64,000 nucleotides of DNA from Podospora anserina (lineage: Eukaryota): the NCBI GenBank assembly GCA_017654855.1, contig CM030338.1, positions 2,790,001-2,854,000 of the forward strand. Direction: 5' to 3'. Shown here one piece after another: positions 12,885 to 26,257 of the stretch (the first letter of the stretch is position 1; each line of letters starts with the position of its first letter). A program made the position numbers and the translations under genes. A model generated the notes under the pieces. It was not told where the DNA came from. It did not search any database and saw only the letters and a list, made by a program, of their open reading frames with translations.

Positions 12885-14220
12885 GAAGACTTGACGATCC
12901 GCGGCTGCCGATGGCTCGCAGATATCTCATCTTCTTCTTCCCTCTTATCATGTCATATCACACCGGCCCCGGCACGTCGTCTCGAGTGCGGGGATTCCGG
13001 CCAGGATTGTCACTGTCCTGCATATGTCTCTCTCTATTTCTTCTCTCTGATGGAGGGTGGGTGGGCTTGTTGACCTTTCCCTTCCCCTCCCTCTCCTCTC
13101 CTCTCCCCCCTTGCCCCCCATCCACCTCATCAAGTCTCGTTCTCTTTCCCCGCAGCGTTGTAGCTGGCAGCGCGTTATCCAAGTACTTGGGCCCACGTGC
13201 CTTGGCTGCTGAGGCTCGATGCCAGCTCGGCCAAACAAGGCAGTCACTGGCTACCATGCATCGACGAGAGATCTTGGGTAGATTTGGGCGCAAAAAAAGG
13301 AGCGATGCCGCACGGTCAATTTCATCCAAAGTGCCCCATGCCAGCAGTTCAGACGGACGGCACCAGCCTCATCCAGGAGGAGAACCAGAGGCAAACCTGC
13401 ATTAAGTAGGAGTAGTAGTCGAACCCTCGTCAGGTCGTGCTGTAGTCCGGTCCTCTTTACCTTGACTTGCCTCTGCTTAATTTGGAGCCCATCCCCATCC
13501 CCATCTCCATCCCCATCCATACCCCAACCCATACCTATCCCATATCCGACGTCCTTGTCCCCCCGAACCCCACGATCTCCATTTCCCTCTTCCCTCTCCC
13601 ATCCTGGATCATCGCACCAGCAGCAAGTTCAGGCAGCACCAACAGCCGAGTTGATATACTCTAGTGCCAGAGCCGTGAGATATAGTTTCGTCAGTAGCGC
13701 TGACCTGACTCCGGGCCTAGGGCTCCATCCAAGTTCAACTGCGACTCGGAATCAGAGCGCGGCACAGCCGTGGTTCGTGCCACCAGCCCTTCTCCCGCAG
13801 GAACAGGAAAGGAACTCTCTTACTGCCTGCCAGGAACCCAAGCAAAACCCAGCAAATACCTTACCTAGGAACAAGCCCAGGCCCCTGCCGACGCCGACCT
13901 ACCTTACATACTACATACTACATACCTCACTACATCTTCCGACACCCCGTTTCCCCCCTTCCCCCCTATCACCTATCCCCCTTATCCATATTCCCGGACC
14001 TGCTGCCGACGCTGTTTCGTGCATCATCCGCTCCGCAAGGCCCCTTGCCCTTCCTCCGACGGCGCCGCTTCCGATCGCACTAGGAGCACCGTTCGCCTTC
14101 CTCGACTGAGCTCGCGTCTACCAGATCGCCCGTTGCACCTTTGCTACCCGATGGCGGGGCGCCTGAGAGCCGTCTCTACTCCCATCTGAGCCCCCTTCCC
14201 TTCCGGACCCCTTCTCCACC

Positions 14221-17200
14221 ATGACGCGACCCAAGGTTCCCGACGACAAGCGCCAGCGTACTGCTCAGGCCTGTGACTCTTGCAAACGCCGGAAGCAAAA
14301 GGTGGGTTCATGTGTTTTATTTTTTTTTATTTTTAATTATCTCACTTCGGTCCTGGGTCTCAGTCTTGGTTTCACTTTGCTTTGTGCCTTCAGCCCTGTG
14401 GATGGGTGGCTGTCTCTGTCCTGTTCTGGAGTGAGAGAAAGAAAGAGAAGTGTGTGTGGGCGTAGTGCAAGTGTACAAGTGTAAGTGTTGCCGGACTGAA
14501 GAAGAAGAAGAAGAAGAAGAAGAAGAAGAAGAAGGTTGCCTCTCTTATCAGAAGGGAATATATGGGATGGAAACACAGAACTGTGCCCCTCCCTGAGGGC
14601 CGTCTGTCTTGTCCATCTATGGGCTGGTTGGGCTCTGTCGAAAGCTTCCCGAGACGAGACCCAAGAGAAAAGCCGCTCTTATCTACTATACACCCGCTCT
14701 CCTGGTTTATGTCTCGGTCGTCTTCCACCGAATCTTCTTTTTTCTCCTTCCATACGCACACACGCCCGTTTTCTTGTCGGGATGCGCCGCAGTCCAACAC
14801 ACATGTCACTCGGAGCTCGAGGGAAAATGCCTGCCTCAAGCAGGCAGAGAGATACCCGGGTTGGCGTCGTGTTCGCCCACTTGTTACGAAGCACAAAGTC
14901 ATAGGGACGGGGAAAGGCGAGAACCGCTCGAGTGGCACAAGCGTGTCCGCTCCTCCACCGTTGCTCGAAAACTCGATTTCAGCTCAGGTCGGAACGTCGT
15001 CGTCAGATGCGTTCATCTTTCCGATCTGGAATGCCCTCTATGCTTCCTTCTCCGCGGATTCTTCCAAAATCTCTGGCTGAGACCCTGGAGACGCCACCGA
15101 GCAGCGTAACTTGTTGTGCTTGTGTCTCTATCCTCGGAGTTATTCTTGGACAGCCCAGGTTTCCATCACCTGCGATTCTTCTGCCTCACGATATCTGGGA
15201 TTCGTTTACTGATACATCTTGTTCCAGTGCAATGGCGTGAAACCTTGCCAGACCTGCCTCAGAAGAAAACTCACCTGCTCGTACACGCCCAACAACGCTT
15301 CGGATTATGGACCGGGTGAGTCTGCTGGGTCACCGATGAAGCGGCGACACATTGAGACGTCGCCTCCCTCCATCTCCGCCACACTCGAGAAGGCCAACAA
15401 CAGCTCGCCCCTGGCCCGTGAGGTGATGCAGTCTTGGGATGAGGCGCGGGCCGCCCAGCCAAGCCAGGCCTCGATAGGCGGATCAGCACTATCGTCGCCG
15501 ACAGCACCGTTACCGCCGCCTCTAGCAGGCCGAGGGCATGTGAAGAAGGTCTCGATTCACGGGACGAAGAAGTTGCCAAGCCGCAGCAACACGGGCAACA
15601 CCAGCGGCTACGCTGAGGAGACCAACATATACACCGAGACGAGAATGTTGCAAGACCAGTCAAGACGGCTTCGTAAGTCTCTCTCTGCACCCACCCTTAT
15701 GGTACACAGCATTTTTTTTTTTGCTGACGTATGCTCTTACGACAGTCTACATTGGAGATGCCTCGACACTGTCCATCCTGCAGCTGATCCGGATTATTGT
15801 CGAAAGCACATCGGGGACAGAGATGGGGTCTCCTTTTATCGACGATCCTAAGAGGCATCGCATTCAGGAAACCATCATTGACTTTCCTGAGAACACACGG
15901 GTACCGACCCTGTTGCCGGACCAGGAAACAACCCATGTTCTCATAGCTTCCTATTTTACAAATGTGGGTCCACCCCTTTTCGCCCCCTTTTTCTGACATT
16001 CAACGGCGGCTGACCCCACCTTGTCTAGACCTGCGGGATCGTGGAGGTGTTTGACAGAAAACAGTTTATGCAGTCGGTGGAGGCTTGCTATCGGGACCCA
16101 CCATCGGCCAACAACTACTTCTTATGTCACCTCTTCTTGGTGCTGGCTCTTGGTCTCCTCTTTGCTGCGCCTACCCCAGGTAGCCGGGAAGAGCATGTCA
16201 TCAACAAGCAGCTCTCTGCAAGGCCAGACAGGGCAGAGTTGTACTTTAGGAGCGCTCGAACGATGTGTGATCCCGGTGCTGGGTTTGAGGACGCTGACTT
16301 TTGGTCGGTTCAGGCGCTGTCGTTGATGACGCTCTACATGTTGACTATCCCCAAGAGGAACACGGCGTATGCTTATCTCGGGATGGCTGTTCGGTCAGCG
16401 TATGCTTTGGGCCTGCATAGAGAGGAGACGTTGAGGGATGTCATCTTTACGCCGGGAGAGATGAAAGTCAGGCGGAACTTGTGGAAGACACTGTTCATTT
16501 TGGATCGATTCTTGGCGGCAACCTTGGGCAGGCCCACCGCCATCTCGGGCCACGACTGCTCGATGAATATCTTCTCGGATGATGATGCCGTCAACTCTAT
16601 GGAGATCACTGGGGAGTTTGACCCGGTTCACGCCAAGAGCTTGCATGCTTGTGTCGAGACCTGTCGGATAATTGGCGACACGTTGAGGGTCTTTTCTTCG
16701 CGCAAGATTTCCACCACGAAGGTGCAGGAGATCATCAACGACATGTCTATGGACTGGGAAGATGATTTACAAGCTGCCCTGCAACGCCGTCTATCAAACG
16801 CCGGTCCTGCTCGAAGCCCGGCGCATGGCATGGCATCCTTACATGTCAACCTTCTGGCACTCCATTCACTGATCCTTCTTACCAGGCAGCTCTTTGTTAT
16901 GCACAACTGGATGCTTGTCGAGCAGCGGTCTGGGAAGAAGAAGCCCTCACCAATTCACGAGTCGCCCATGGCGAGGTTCTCAGAGGCCTGCGTCCTGGCT
17001 TCCTACCAAACGATTCAGCTTGTCCAGCAAGCTCGAGAAGAACAACAGCTCCCTCGAAGGAACCCTTTTGTCATGTAAGTGTTCTCCCCTCACGGGGACA
17101 AGGCATTCTCCCATTTCTAACCGCCCCCAGATACTTTGTCTTCGCCGCCAGCCTCGTCATCCTGATGAACCAATTCTCGTGCCTCTACTACACAAACGCC

Positions 17201-18037
17201 TACGACAAAACCATCCGCGACGCAGTCGATTTCATGGAATACTGCACCAAACTCGACCCCCAAGCCGAGCGTGTCCTCGACATCATCACCCGCTTCGCAA
17301 AAGTAGTAGACAAATGGACAAAAAAAAACAAATACGACGCCCCCCCCTTATCGGAAGACCTCTCCTTCCTCTACAGCCACCCGTCCAGTCCCCAACCCGA
17401 GCTTGCCAATACCCTGTCGGGAGGACCAGTAGTGGCAAGTCCCCTCCAGGAAACCACCACCCACCCCGACCCATCCCATCCCAGTTATCCCCCCCAACAC
17501 CACCGCTTTAGCGACCCCGGCCTGTTGACTCCCCCCCAAATAACCTCCTCCAAAATGCCCCTGTCTGACATCCTCGCCCCCACAACCCAACAGGACACCC
17601 GCATGAACGGCATGTCACCCCTCCTCCCACAACAACAACAACAACAACAACAACCGCCACCACCCCAACAACAAACCCAAAACGACTCCCCTGGTTATAA
17701 CAGAGAAATCGAATTCGACTTTGACAACCTCTGGAACAACTGGCTCAACCTCCCCCAACCAGCCATCGTCCCTCCCACACCCACGGCGGGCATATCACCC
17801 CTCACCGGGCCACCGCAGTTCTCCCCCGTTGCGGCGGCAGCCCAGCCGGAGCCTTTTCCCGGTGCGTACACCACCACTCCTGTTGTTGTTCATCACTCTC
17901 CCCCTGGGGTTCCCGTCTTGGTTGTCACTGGGGGACAACCAGCGATCGGGCATGCGGGGATGGGGCATCATCATCATCAGCACCATCATCATGGAAATAA
18001 CATACCCTTGTATCACTCCTCGAGTACATTTGGCTGA
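14221..18037 (+). CDS. Zn(II)2Cys6 transcription factor with a fungal-specific TF (Fungal_trans) middle region, 5 exons
   Basis: ACDSCKRRKQK|CNGVKPCQTCLRRKLTC is split by intron 14302-15227. Further introns at ~15673-15744, ~15964-16028 and ~17075-17130. Contains AYAYLGMAVRSAYALGLHR..RRNLWKTLFILDRFLAATLGRP and a Q/P/H-rich tail. Confidence 0.92.
14498..14533. repeat. (GAA)12 microsatellite in TF intron 1
   Basis: Perfect trinucleotide run. Confidence 0.95.
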
Positions 18038-18652
18038 TGATCAGGAACACATAAAAAGTAGTGTTTGGAGCAACGCCGCATAATAGGGGTCCGATTAGGC
18101 AAGGGCAGCAGTGGTTCGTGAGGAGTCCTTAAAACCAACGCTCCGATGAAGAGTGATGGAGGGACAGACCAACAACACTAGTATAACCCCACATGGGACC
18201 GCAGAGACTGAGAATATTGGTTCCACAAGGATGGGAAAGAAATGAAGATGTCGAGAGTGGGAAGAAGAGCAGACAACCCCGAGAAACAAAGATAATGCCT
18301 ACTGGTTTTTGGGGGGTCTTTTGGGTTTTTATACCTAAAATAAGCCTGGCGTCGAATCGACCTTTGTGTATATCACCTCTCAACCTTTCGACTCATATCC
18401 TCGTCAATGACAGACACTCGAGCAGGAGAAGAAGACCGCAGTGTCAGTCAGACCATCCAGCATTCGCCACCGACCTGTGGACCAACAGCATGGTCCCCGC
18501 TTGAGGGACGGAAAAGGGCAACAAGTCAGGCACGACCATCATGTAGCGCGAGCTATCGAGAGCACAATCTGAATTGCTTCAACAAAATAATCTACATTTG
18601 CCAACCAGTCTACCAACCCAAACGCCATCGCCCGAAATCCCAGTCGATCAAA

Positions 18653-18689
<37 letters not shown>

Positions 18690-18717
18690 CAATCGCTGCC
18701 ACCCCCAACTCAACCCT

Positions 18718-19752
18718 TCAACACCTCCCCAGAATAAAATCATACCCCAACTCCCACCTCGCCCCCGGATCCCCCTCCCTCGGCTCAAACCTGACAACCA
18801 ACTCATCCTTGACAGCAAAAACAGCATCATCATCCACCCACCGATCCCGGCTGTCATACAACTGCGTCGTCAAAGCCCTATGCCCCTCGGCGCTAACGAT
18901 GAAATGGATATGTCCCGGCCGGTTCGGGTGCCGATCCAACAACCCGAGCAACCTCCCGGCCGGCCCGTCATCCGGGATGGGATACGGCACCGGTCTCAGC
19001 GCGTACAGCGCGTACCTCCCCTGCTGGTCAGTCCTGAACCTCCCGCGGAAATTCATCTCTGGCTGGTCAGAATCCTGCTGCTCGTACAGCCCGTTCGGCG
19101 CAGTGTGCCAGACGTCTACGACGGCGTTTTCGATCGGCTTGCCGTCTGTGGAGAGGACCTTGCCGGATAAAAAGGCCGAGTCCTCCAGGGCTTTCTCGTA
19201 CCACGAAACCGAAGGGGAAAGGCCCTGGACGATGGAGGTGCCGTTTGGGAGGAAGGGGGCGTCGCTGCGGTAGAAGGGGCCGAGGATGGCGGAGGGGGTT
19301 TGGGTGGTGGATGTGGCGAGCTGTTTGCTGGTGATCTCGTCGACGAGGGATTCTAGGCCGAGGATGTCGCAGAGGAGTTGGGTTTCGTTGCGGCGGTCGG
19401 AGGACATTTTGCCGCAGTCGTTCAGCTGTGGTGGTGGTGGTGGCGGTGTTAGTGAAAGGGTGGGATTGGGGAGGCGGGGTAACCATACAAAGTCGACGGC
19501 GGCGCTCCATTCTCCTACTGTGAGATTGACTTCGCGGGCAAAGTCGTGGAGGTGGCGGACTAGACTTGGGAATATCTGGGCGAGTCTGGGGTTGGCGTTG
19601 GGGCCGGTGGCGGCGATGACCTTTTGGGTGAAGGTTGGGTCGTGTTGGCACTTCTTGCCGGCGGTGTTTATGCCGTTGGGGATACCGTTTGGCTTGATCT
19701 TGGTGATCGATGCCCTGCTGGTGGCGGCGAGGTCTGGAATCATTTGCCCCAT
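18718..19752 (-). CDS. Intradiol ring-cleavage dioxygenase (catechol 1,2-dioxygenase-like)
   Basis: Motifs LVRHLHDFAREV, CDILGLESLVD, ILGPFY, DVWHTAPNGLY, RPVPYPIPDDGP and RPGHIH (Tyr/Tyr/His/His iron ligands). A 63-nt in-frame GT-AG intron lies at 19488-19426. Confidence 0.93.
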   Translation of the reverse strand: MGQMIPDLAATSRASITKIKPNGIPNGINTAGKKCQHDPTFTQKVIAATGPNANPRLAQIFPSLVRHLHDFAREVNLTVGEWSAAVDFVWLPRLPNPTLSLTPPPPPPQLNDCGKMSSDRRNETQLLCDILGLESLVDEITSKQLATSTTQTPSAILGPFYRSDAPFLPNGTSIVQGLSPSVSWYEKALEDSAFLSGKVLSTDGKPIENAVVDVWHTAPNGLYEQQDSDQPEMNFRGRFRTDQQGRYALYALRPVPYPIPDDGPAGRLLGLLDRHPNRPGHIHFIVSAEGHRALTTQLYDSRDRWVDDDAVFAVKDELVVRFEPREGDPGARWELGYDFILGRC

Positions 19753-20413
19753 GGTGGTGGTAGATGGCTCTGTGCTTGTTCAAGGTTGTGCTGTTGTGTG
19801 CTGGGGGATGTGTGGTCAAGTCGAGGACTGGGAGACAAGGAAATTCGACGATGGCAAGGGAGTTGAGGTAAAAGAAGGAAAGGCAGCGGATCGGGGGCGA
19901 CGTGGGCCCGATATATACTCCCTCACAACCGTCGGTGAGAGAGAGGTGTGTACTCTTGTTTCCCCCGTCATCGCACGTCACACTGTGCCTCTTCGGACTA
20001 CGCAGCGTACTTACACGTCAGGGGGCGTCAGGCAAAGAAGTACCGGGTTGTCACCATCTCCCTTGGAATTTGGGCACGCTCAACAACAGTCCATCGGGAC
20101 GAAATGCTCCTTTCCTTCCCGTTGACCGCCGTGTGGACACCTGGCCCCTGAGCCCTCGGCCGTATCAGATCATGGCTGCTCCTCCCTTCCCATGACAAGA
20201 ATGGCCTTTTTTTTTTTTTTTTTTTGGAGATTGTATCTTCTCCTACCAAGAGAAAAAAAAAGGAGTTGGTACCCGTTTCAGCGGGCGGTGAAAAGACCAT
20301 CAAGGTCTCGGTGCGGGAACGGACGGGAGCGTGGAACCAAGACATGGCAAGCCAAAAAAAAGAAAGAAAAAACCCCAAGACATGAAGACTTGATTCTAAC
20401 GGGCGCCAAGGGC

Positions 20414-20536
20414 ACTGACTGACTGACTGACTGCCTCATTTACCTACCAGCCAGAAACCACAAGCTGGCAGCTCATCACCCCGTGAGTTTCCGATGACAG
20501 CAGTCAGTCAGTCAGTCAGTCAGTCAGTCAGTCAGT
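20414..20536. repeat. Inverted tetranucleotide microsatellites (ACTG)5 and (CAGT)9
   Basis: 20414-20433 and 20501-20536 are reverse complements of each other. Confidence 0.9.
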
Positions 20537-21099
20537 CCTTTTGAGACCGATATAGCCGTCCAAGGTGTCAAAACCTGATGTTCCACAAGACGGCCTGTCA
20601 CTGCTGTCTGTGTGTGTGTGATACCCTTCCAAAACTGACACCATTTTCCCTGGCCGCCTGCATCAAACAGGGCTGGGCTGACAGACAACGTTGCTTCACA
20701 CACCACACGGAACAAATGCCGGAGGGGCATATGTATGTCGTGTGGTGATCAACCCCGGCACATTCGGAGCGTATCACAAAAAAAAGGAGAGTGCCGTATG
20801 CATGGGTCAAACATGAGAAAAGAAAAAGAAAAGAAAAGAGACGGGCTCACCGTCCTGCATGGCGTGTCAACTGTCAAGCTGTAAGCAACCCCTTGGCTAG
20901 TGTCACCCGAAGATTGGAAAAGCCTCTTGACCGCCTTGCAGCTAGCTCTTGGACCACTAGCGTCAAGAATTACCCACAGGTTGATCGTTCTAGAGGCTGA
21001 TCGTCTTTTGTTCTGGAAAAAGATGAGCCACTCAAGGACCGATTTGGCTTGTTACTACTACCACCACTTACACTCACCACCTCTTTCGGTGCTGGATCT

Positions 21100-21131
<32 letters not shown>

Positions 21132-22807
21132 CCAACTTGCATGACCGACGAACTCACTCGAACATCAAGTCCAAGGCAAAAGCAACCCACGAAAAAAAGA
21201 ACACCGCCAGAAGCCCATCAAAGGGTTGCATTTTCCCTTCCTTGACAAGCGGACCCAGCCTCTCGGCGGCGGCTCGGACCCGGTGCGCCGGACCATCATC
21301 CTACACCCCCCTTGTCAGCAACCACCGAAAGACGGAGATAGTCTCCCGTTTTGAACGCAACTGCCGGTGAAAGTACGATTGTTGGGGAGAGCAGGGACAA
21401 GGGGGTTAGGGTCGAGGAAAACGGCCTCGCATGCCGCCATACCGAGTCGGCTTTGCTGGCAAAGTGAGTGAAAGGAAGAATCCGGAACGCGGCATGCGGC
21501 TCAAATACTTGACACCTGTGAGGTTCAAAAAAGGGAGAGACAGGAAACTCGGTGATGGTCCAATAGGGAGCAGGCCCCTGTCACGGCACGGACTTGATGC
21601 CGGAGGGTGTGCTTGGCACATAGGTACGGAGAGAGGCGGGTACAGACGCTTGTGTTTGTCACGGGGAAAAAAGGTTGAATCTGTCCTGCGTTGGGCGGTC
21701 AGTATTGTCGACTGGATCGACGGAAATGCTATAAAAGGTGAAGAGAAAAGTTTGATGGGGGATGGAAAAAATAACATTCTGTGTTGGCAATACATGGCAT
21801 TCTTTTCTTCCTTTTTTTCTTCTTCTTTTTTTCTTTTGTTTTTCTTTTGTTTTTCTTTTTTTCGAGATACCACTATATCAATCATTTTTTTTTCTTGACA
21901 GCTGCACAAACAAAATGACGGGAGAATGATACCAGTGTCCGATTACGGAGGGGGAGCAGCGCGATGATGGGAATGTCTCGTATTTTGGAGTTAGGAGGAG
22001 AAGCGGTCAAGGAAAAAAGACACCCCTGCTTAGATAGGTACTTACACCTTGGGGGTTTGACTCACCTTTCTTTGCCGGGCCCAATTCGCCAATTGGGAAA
22101 GAAAACGTCAAGTTTTGGGATTTAGAATTCAGGACATTTTTGACTGATTCGGTGACCGAACGATGCAAAGTACCTATGTGGTGGTGGTGGTGGTGGTGGT
22201 TGTTGATCAAAAGTGCTGGCTTACACACACAGGCCCTGCAAGTGAGATTGACAGGCTGTGTAGGCGGCCACGTGAGTCTTTGACTGACGACATTTAGGGC
22301 TGAAAGGGGAAACAGAGCAGAAATGCATTGTTTCTGCTTATGGGATATTTACTGTAGCGGCGATGAATGGTGCTGATGGAAGTTTGGCGCTTACTCAGGG
22401 GTTGGTTGGTTGGTTGTGTAAGCCAGTTTTTGGAGGGGATTCTTAACCCCGAAGGACGTGAGTCAGGACTTGAGTATGGAAATTGTGAAGGTTGGGATGG
22501 AATGCAAAAATTGGGAATAGCTTCAAAAGGTGATATCTGATATCTGGAGGAGGCACATGACCAGGTTTACAAGACATGCCTTATCACGGGACTAGCCTGG
22601 TGTTTCACGGGTCCATCTCCCCCATTCCGCCAAGGGAGACAGACAAGTCTCAGATAATGCAGGTGGTGAGAATGTGGAAAGATTTGATCGATCGATCACA
22701 TCGACGATGGCCTGCTCCACTCACACCTCGTGAGGCGACTTTAGCTCTTCGTCTATACGCCATGGATGTGAATAGCTTCCAAGTGTAGGTATCCCACTAC
22801 TATACTA

Positions 22808-25639
22808 CTACCACGTCGTAGGCCCAAAACTCTCTCCCGCCCCAACCCTCATCTGCACCGCCGTCCCCTTATAATCCACCGTGCCCGTGACAACCTCGTT
22901 CCCCCACCACTTCGGCGGATCAATCTCATTCAGCGTAAACACAAAGAAGATCACCAGCGTTGCCAGCGCCAGCCCCAAGTCCAACCCACTAGACGTCAAG
23001 AAATTCAACCTCGACCACCAACCAAAATGCTTCTTCTTGATCCAATACTGGAACACAAACCCTACAATCCCCCAGCTTAGATAGTTCAATGGCGTAGCCG
23101 GTGGGATCGAGCCCGCTCCTCCAAAGATAAGTGGTGCCATGAGGAAGCGTAACCATGACTTTGGGCGTCGTCGGGCGAGGAGATAAATCACTACTGGTGT
23201 GACGGCGCCGAGGATGAAGAAGAGGAAGAGGGAGGAGTAGATTTGTCCGGGGGAGAAGATCCTGGCTGGGCCGATGAGACCCCAGATGACCGAGGCGGAG
23301 AAGAAGACTTTTCCTCCGGGACAGCTGAAGTGTTCTGGTTGGGTGGGGGTGCAGACACCGGGTATGTAGTTGAGGGCGTAGTTGAGGGTGAAGACTTGGA
23401 CGAAGCAGGAGAAGGTGGTGGCTACGACTTGGGCCATGAACATGGTGCGGGGTGGGATCTTCATGTAGTGGCCGAATTTGAGGTCGGAGACGAAGGTGAG
23501 GGCTTGGGACATGGTGATGTAGCCAAAGGTTTTGAAGCTGTGTAGCATATTAGTGTCCGGTTTTTAGGAGCACGACAGGAAATAAAATAAAAACCTACAT
23601 CATGAGACCCAATGGCCGTCCAGGCTGGATATACCCATAGACAAACTCCGTCAGAACATTCAGGCCAATCTGGTTGTTTGTCACAGCCTGGATGATACCG
23701 ATTGGTAACGAGAAGACGAAGGAGATGAAGACCGCCAACAAGAACGCCCACCAAGTCATGTTCGTCGGCCATGCCAACACGGTCAAGAAGCCGAGTCCAA
23801 GCATCTGTTTTCCAGCAAGTCAGCACTTTCCACATACTCAAAGCACACAAAGGTAAACATACCAGCCCAAACAGACTCATATACCACCACGTCGGCGCCT
23901 CCTTATACCTCCTCATCAGCTTCATATGAATATCCGCCTTCTCCGTCGTACTGCTCTTATACTGCCTCCAAATCGTCTTCCCATGGTGCAAATACGTATA
24001 TACAATCAAGCTCGTGATCGCCGCAAACGACAACCCATACGACAGCGCAAACGTGGTGCTCAAAAACAGAGGCGAATAATTCTTATACGCCTCCTCGTCC
24101 AACCTATAGTCTGGCGACAGCACCCTCGAAACATCATACTGCTTCCCCGTGTTGTCATACGTATTCGAGTCGCTCATTGGCAAGTACCACGAGTACCACG
24201 CCCCGCTATAGTGCAGCGTCGCTGCCAGGAACACAAAGAACGTCAGCACACCGATCATGGTGTTTGCTATCGCGTGCCTGTCCCCATTTCTCGTCAGCAA
24301 CCCCCTTTTTTTCCACACCGACACAGAACAAGACCTACCAAGGCGGAATCAAAGGACTCCCGACAAACCCACTAATCTGCGTCCAGTCAAACGTAATGGG
24401 CAACAGACTCAGCCCAGTACTGTACCCAAACAACTGATTCACCACCGCATTCTCGGGCGCCGTCCAAGTAACAAACGCAAAGCTGCTCAGAAACTGCGCC
24501 AAAAACCCTGGCACAAAATAATACACGCATGCCACCGCCGTCACGACGGAAAACCACCTATACCTAGGCATACTCCCCCCTACACCCACCCCTTTCCCGC
24601 CATGCACCGTCCCATCTCCCTCTCCCCCTTTCGTTTCCTCTTCCTCGTACATGGCATTCATAAGCGTAACACTAACCAAGTTCCCAGGCCAGATCATGCC
24701 GGCTGGATAGACCAAAAACCGTCTCATCATTCCCGCGATCCCATACCCCAGGCTTTGGGTTGAGATGGTCAAGAGGAGCTGCCACATCAGCCCAAAATCC
24801 TGCTTGTAAAACACCTTTTGAGCGAGAATAATATCAGTAGCGTAGGCAACACCAAAAGAAACACTCGCCATGACGACAATGATGGCGTGTTCTTTGATGT
24901 TGAACCCGCCGGGGTTGAGACGGAGTTTCTGCTTGACAAACGGGATCTTGACATGATAGTCCGGGACAAATCTTGCCCAGCCGTGACCCAGCGGCCACGC
25001 AATGACCTGGGCGATGAGGGCACCCAACGAGATGGATGGTGAGCGAAGAGAAAAGAGGGTGTTCATGCTTGCGCCGAGAAAGATGAGCGAGAGGCCAATG
25101 GTCCAGGCACGGATGGTGTTGCATGGTAGCGTTGGGTCATCGTATGGTGAGACAGCAGCGCGGACCTCGGGGTAGGGCGAGTTCTCGACTTCTTCTTCGT
25201 CGTCGGACGTCTCTAGTGGGTCTTGAGAGTTGAGTGAGTCGAGCTCCAAGGCGTCGGCTGCGTCCCCGTCATCGTGGGAAGGGCGTTTGTGAGAGCGGAC
25301 AGATGATGGTGGGTGCCGGGGCAAAGGCCGGTGACGGTCTTCGTAATTGGCGGGCAGGTTGGGGTCTAGCAACAGCTCGTTCTCCGAGGTATTGTCATCA
25401 TCATCGTACTCGAAGGGGTTTGTGAGGTGGTCGCCGAAGAGCGCGGGGCGAGCTTTGTTGAGGGATTCCTTGAGGCGAGCTACCGGGCTCCGGGGAGAGG
25501 ATGCTTCTGGGGGTTCACGGCTCTGGGAAGGACCCGGTGTTGCTTTGGGGGTGATATCATGGTCCGAATCTGGTTCGTCTGCGAGGAGACGTTGTTCAGG
25601 GACAGCGGCGGATGGTTTTGAAGAAGATTGATCGGCCAT
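22808..25639 (-). CDS. Oligopeptide transporter (OPT family, isp4-like), 4 exons
   Basis: Motifs ENSPYPEVRAAV, FNIKEHA, DIHMKLMRRYKEAPTWW and DLKFGHYMKIPPR. Three short introns at ~24337-24278, ~23862-23806 and ~23598-23539. Confidence 0.95.
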
Positions 25640-26257
25640 GGTGAGCTCTCGTCCCGGTGGAGGGGCAGGGCGACAAGACGGGTACAAATTAGGTCATGAC
25701 CGGTCAGTTGAGTGAGATGAGTGTTTTCGTCTGGTCAGATCTTTTCATAAGCTCATCATTTCTAAAGTCATAAATTGCAAGGCTGTGAGGTTCAATGAAA
25801 GAAAGAGCAGACAGATATTGTCAACAGAGTCCGAATGAATCGAATTCAGGAAGGAGGCGTGTACTCGGCGTTGGCGTAAGGTGAAACGTTCCCCGGGTTC
25901 GTGTAGCTCAGTATATATGCCAGATCAATCGAGAGAAAGTAAATAAACGCTTCGCTCCAAGCTTCAAAAAACAATTGAAAACAGCAGTATTTTGATGATA
26001 TATAAGAGCCAAGGTGTAGTTTATTCAAGGCGCTTTCCGGCCAGGTGTCGCCCCGAACGGCCTTTGTCCCCACAATTCCCCCGTCGCAACAGCTTCGGAC
26101 AGGGGCCCCTGAAGCTGAGCCGCTTAAGCTACCCGATAGCACTAACCTTAATCCAGTCTAGCTTTCCTGGGCGCCGACGTCCCATGAATTGTTTCTGCAT
26201 TTGATCAATCATTTGTTGATCACACACTTTTCTACGGGAGACAGAGATGGACCGATC

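Noticed and set aside
10200-14200. Many 100-220 aa ORFs between the CoA-transferase and the TF
   Set aside because: Low complexity, driven by microsatellites and A-tracts, with no domain or consistent splice structure.
18407-20125. Long plus-strand ORFs (288 and 279 aa) and a 304-aa alternative-frame ORF over the dioxygenase
   Set aside because: Antisense or alternative-frame shadows of a codon-biased gene, with no recognisable motifs.
21401-21412. GGTTAGGG telomere-like or telomerase-template-like words (also near 28017 and 41138)
   Set aside because: Isolated single units expected by chance; no tandem array or supporting structure.
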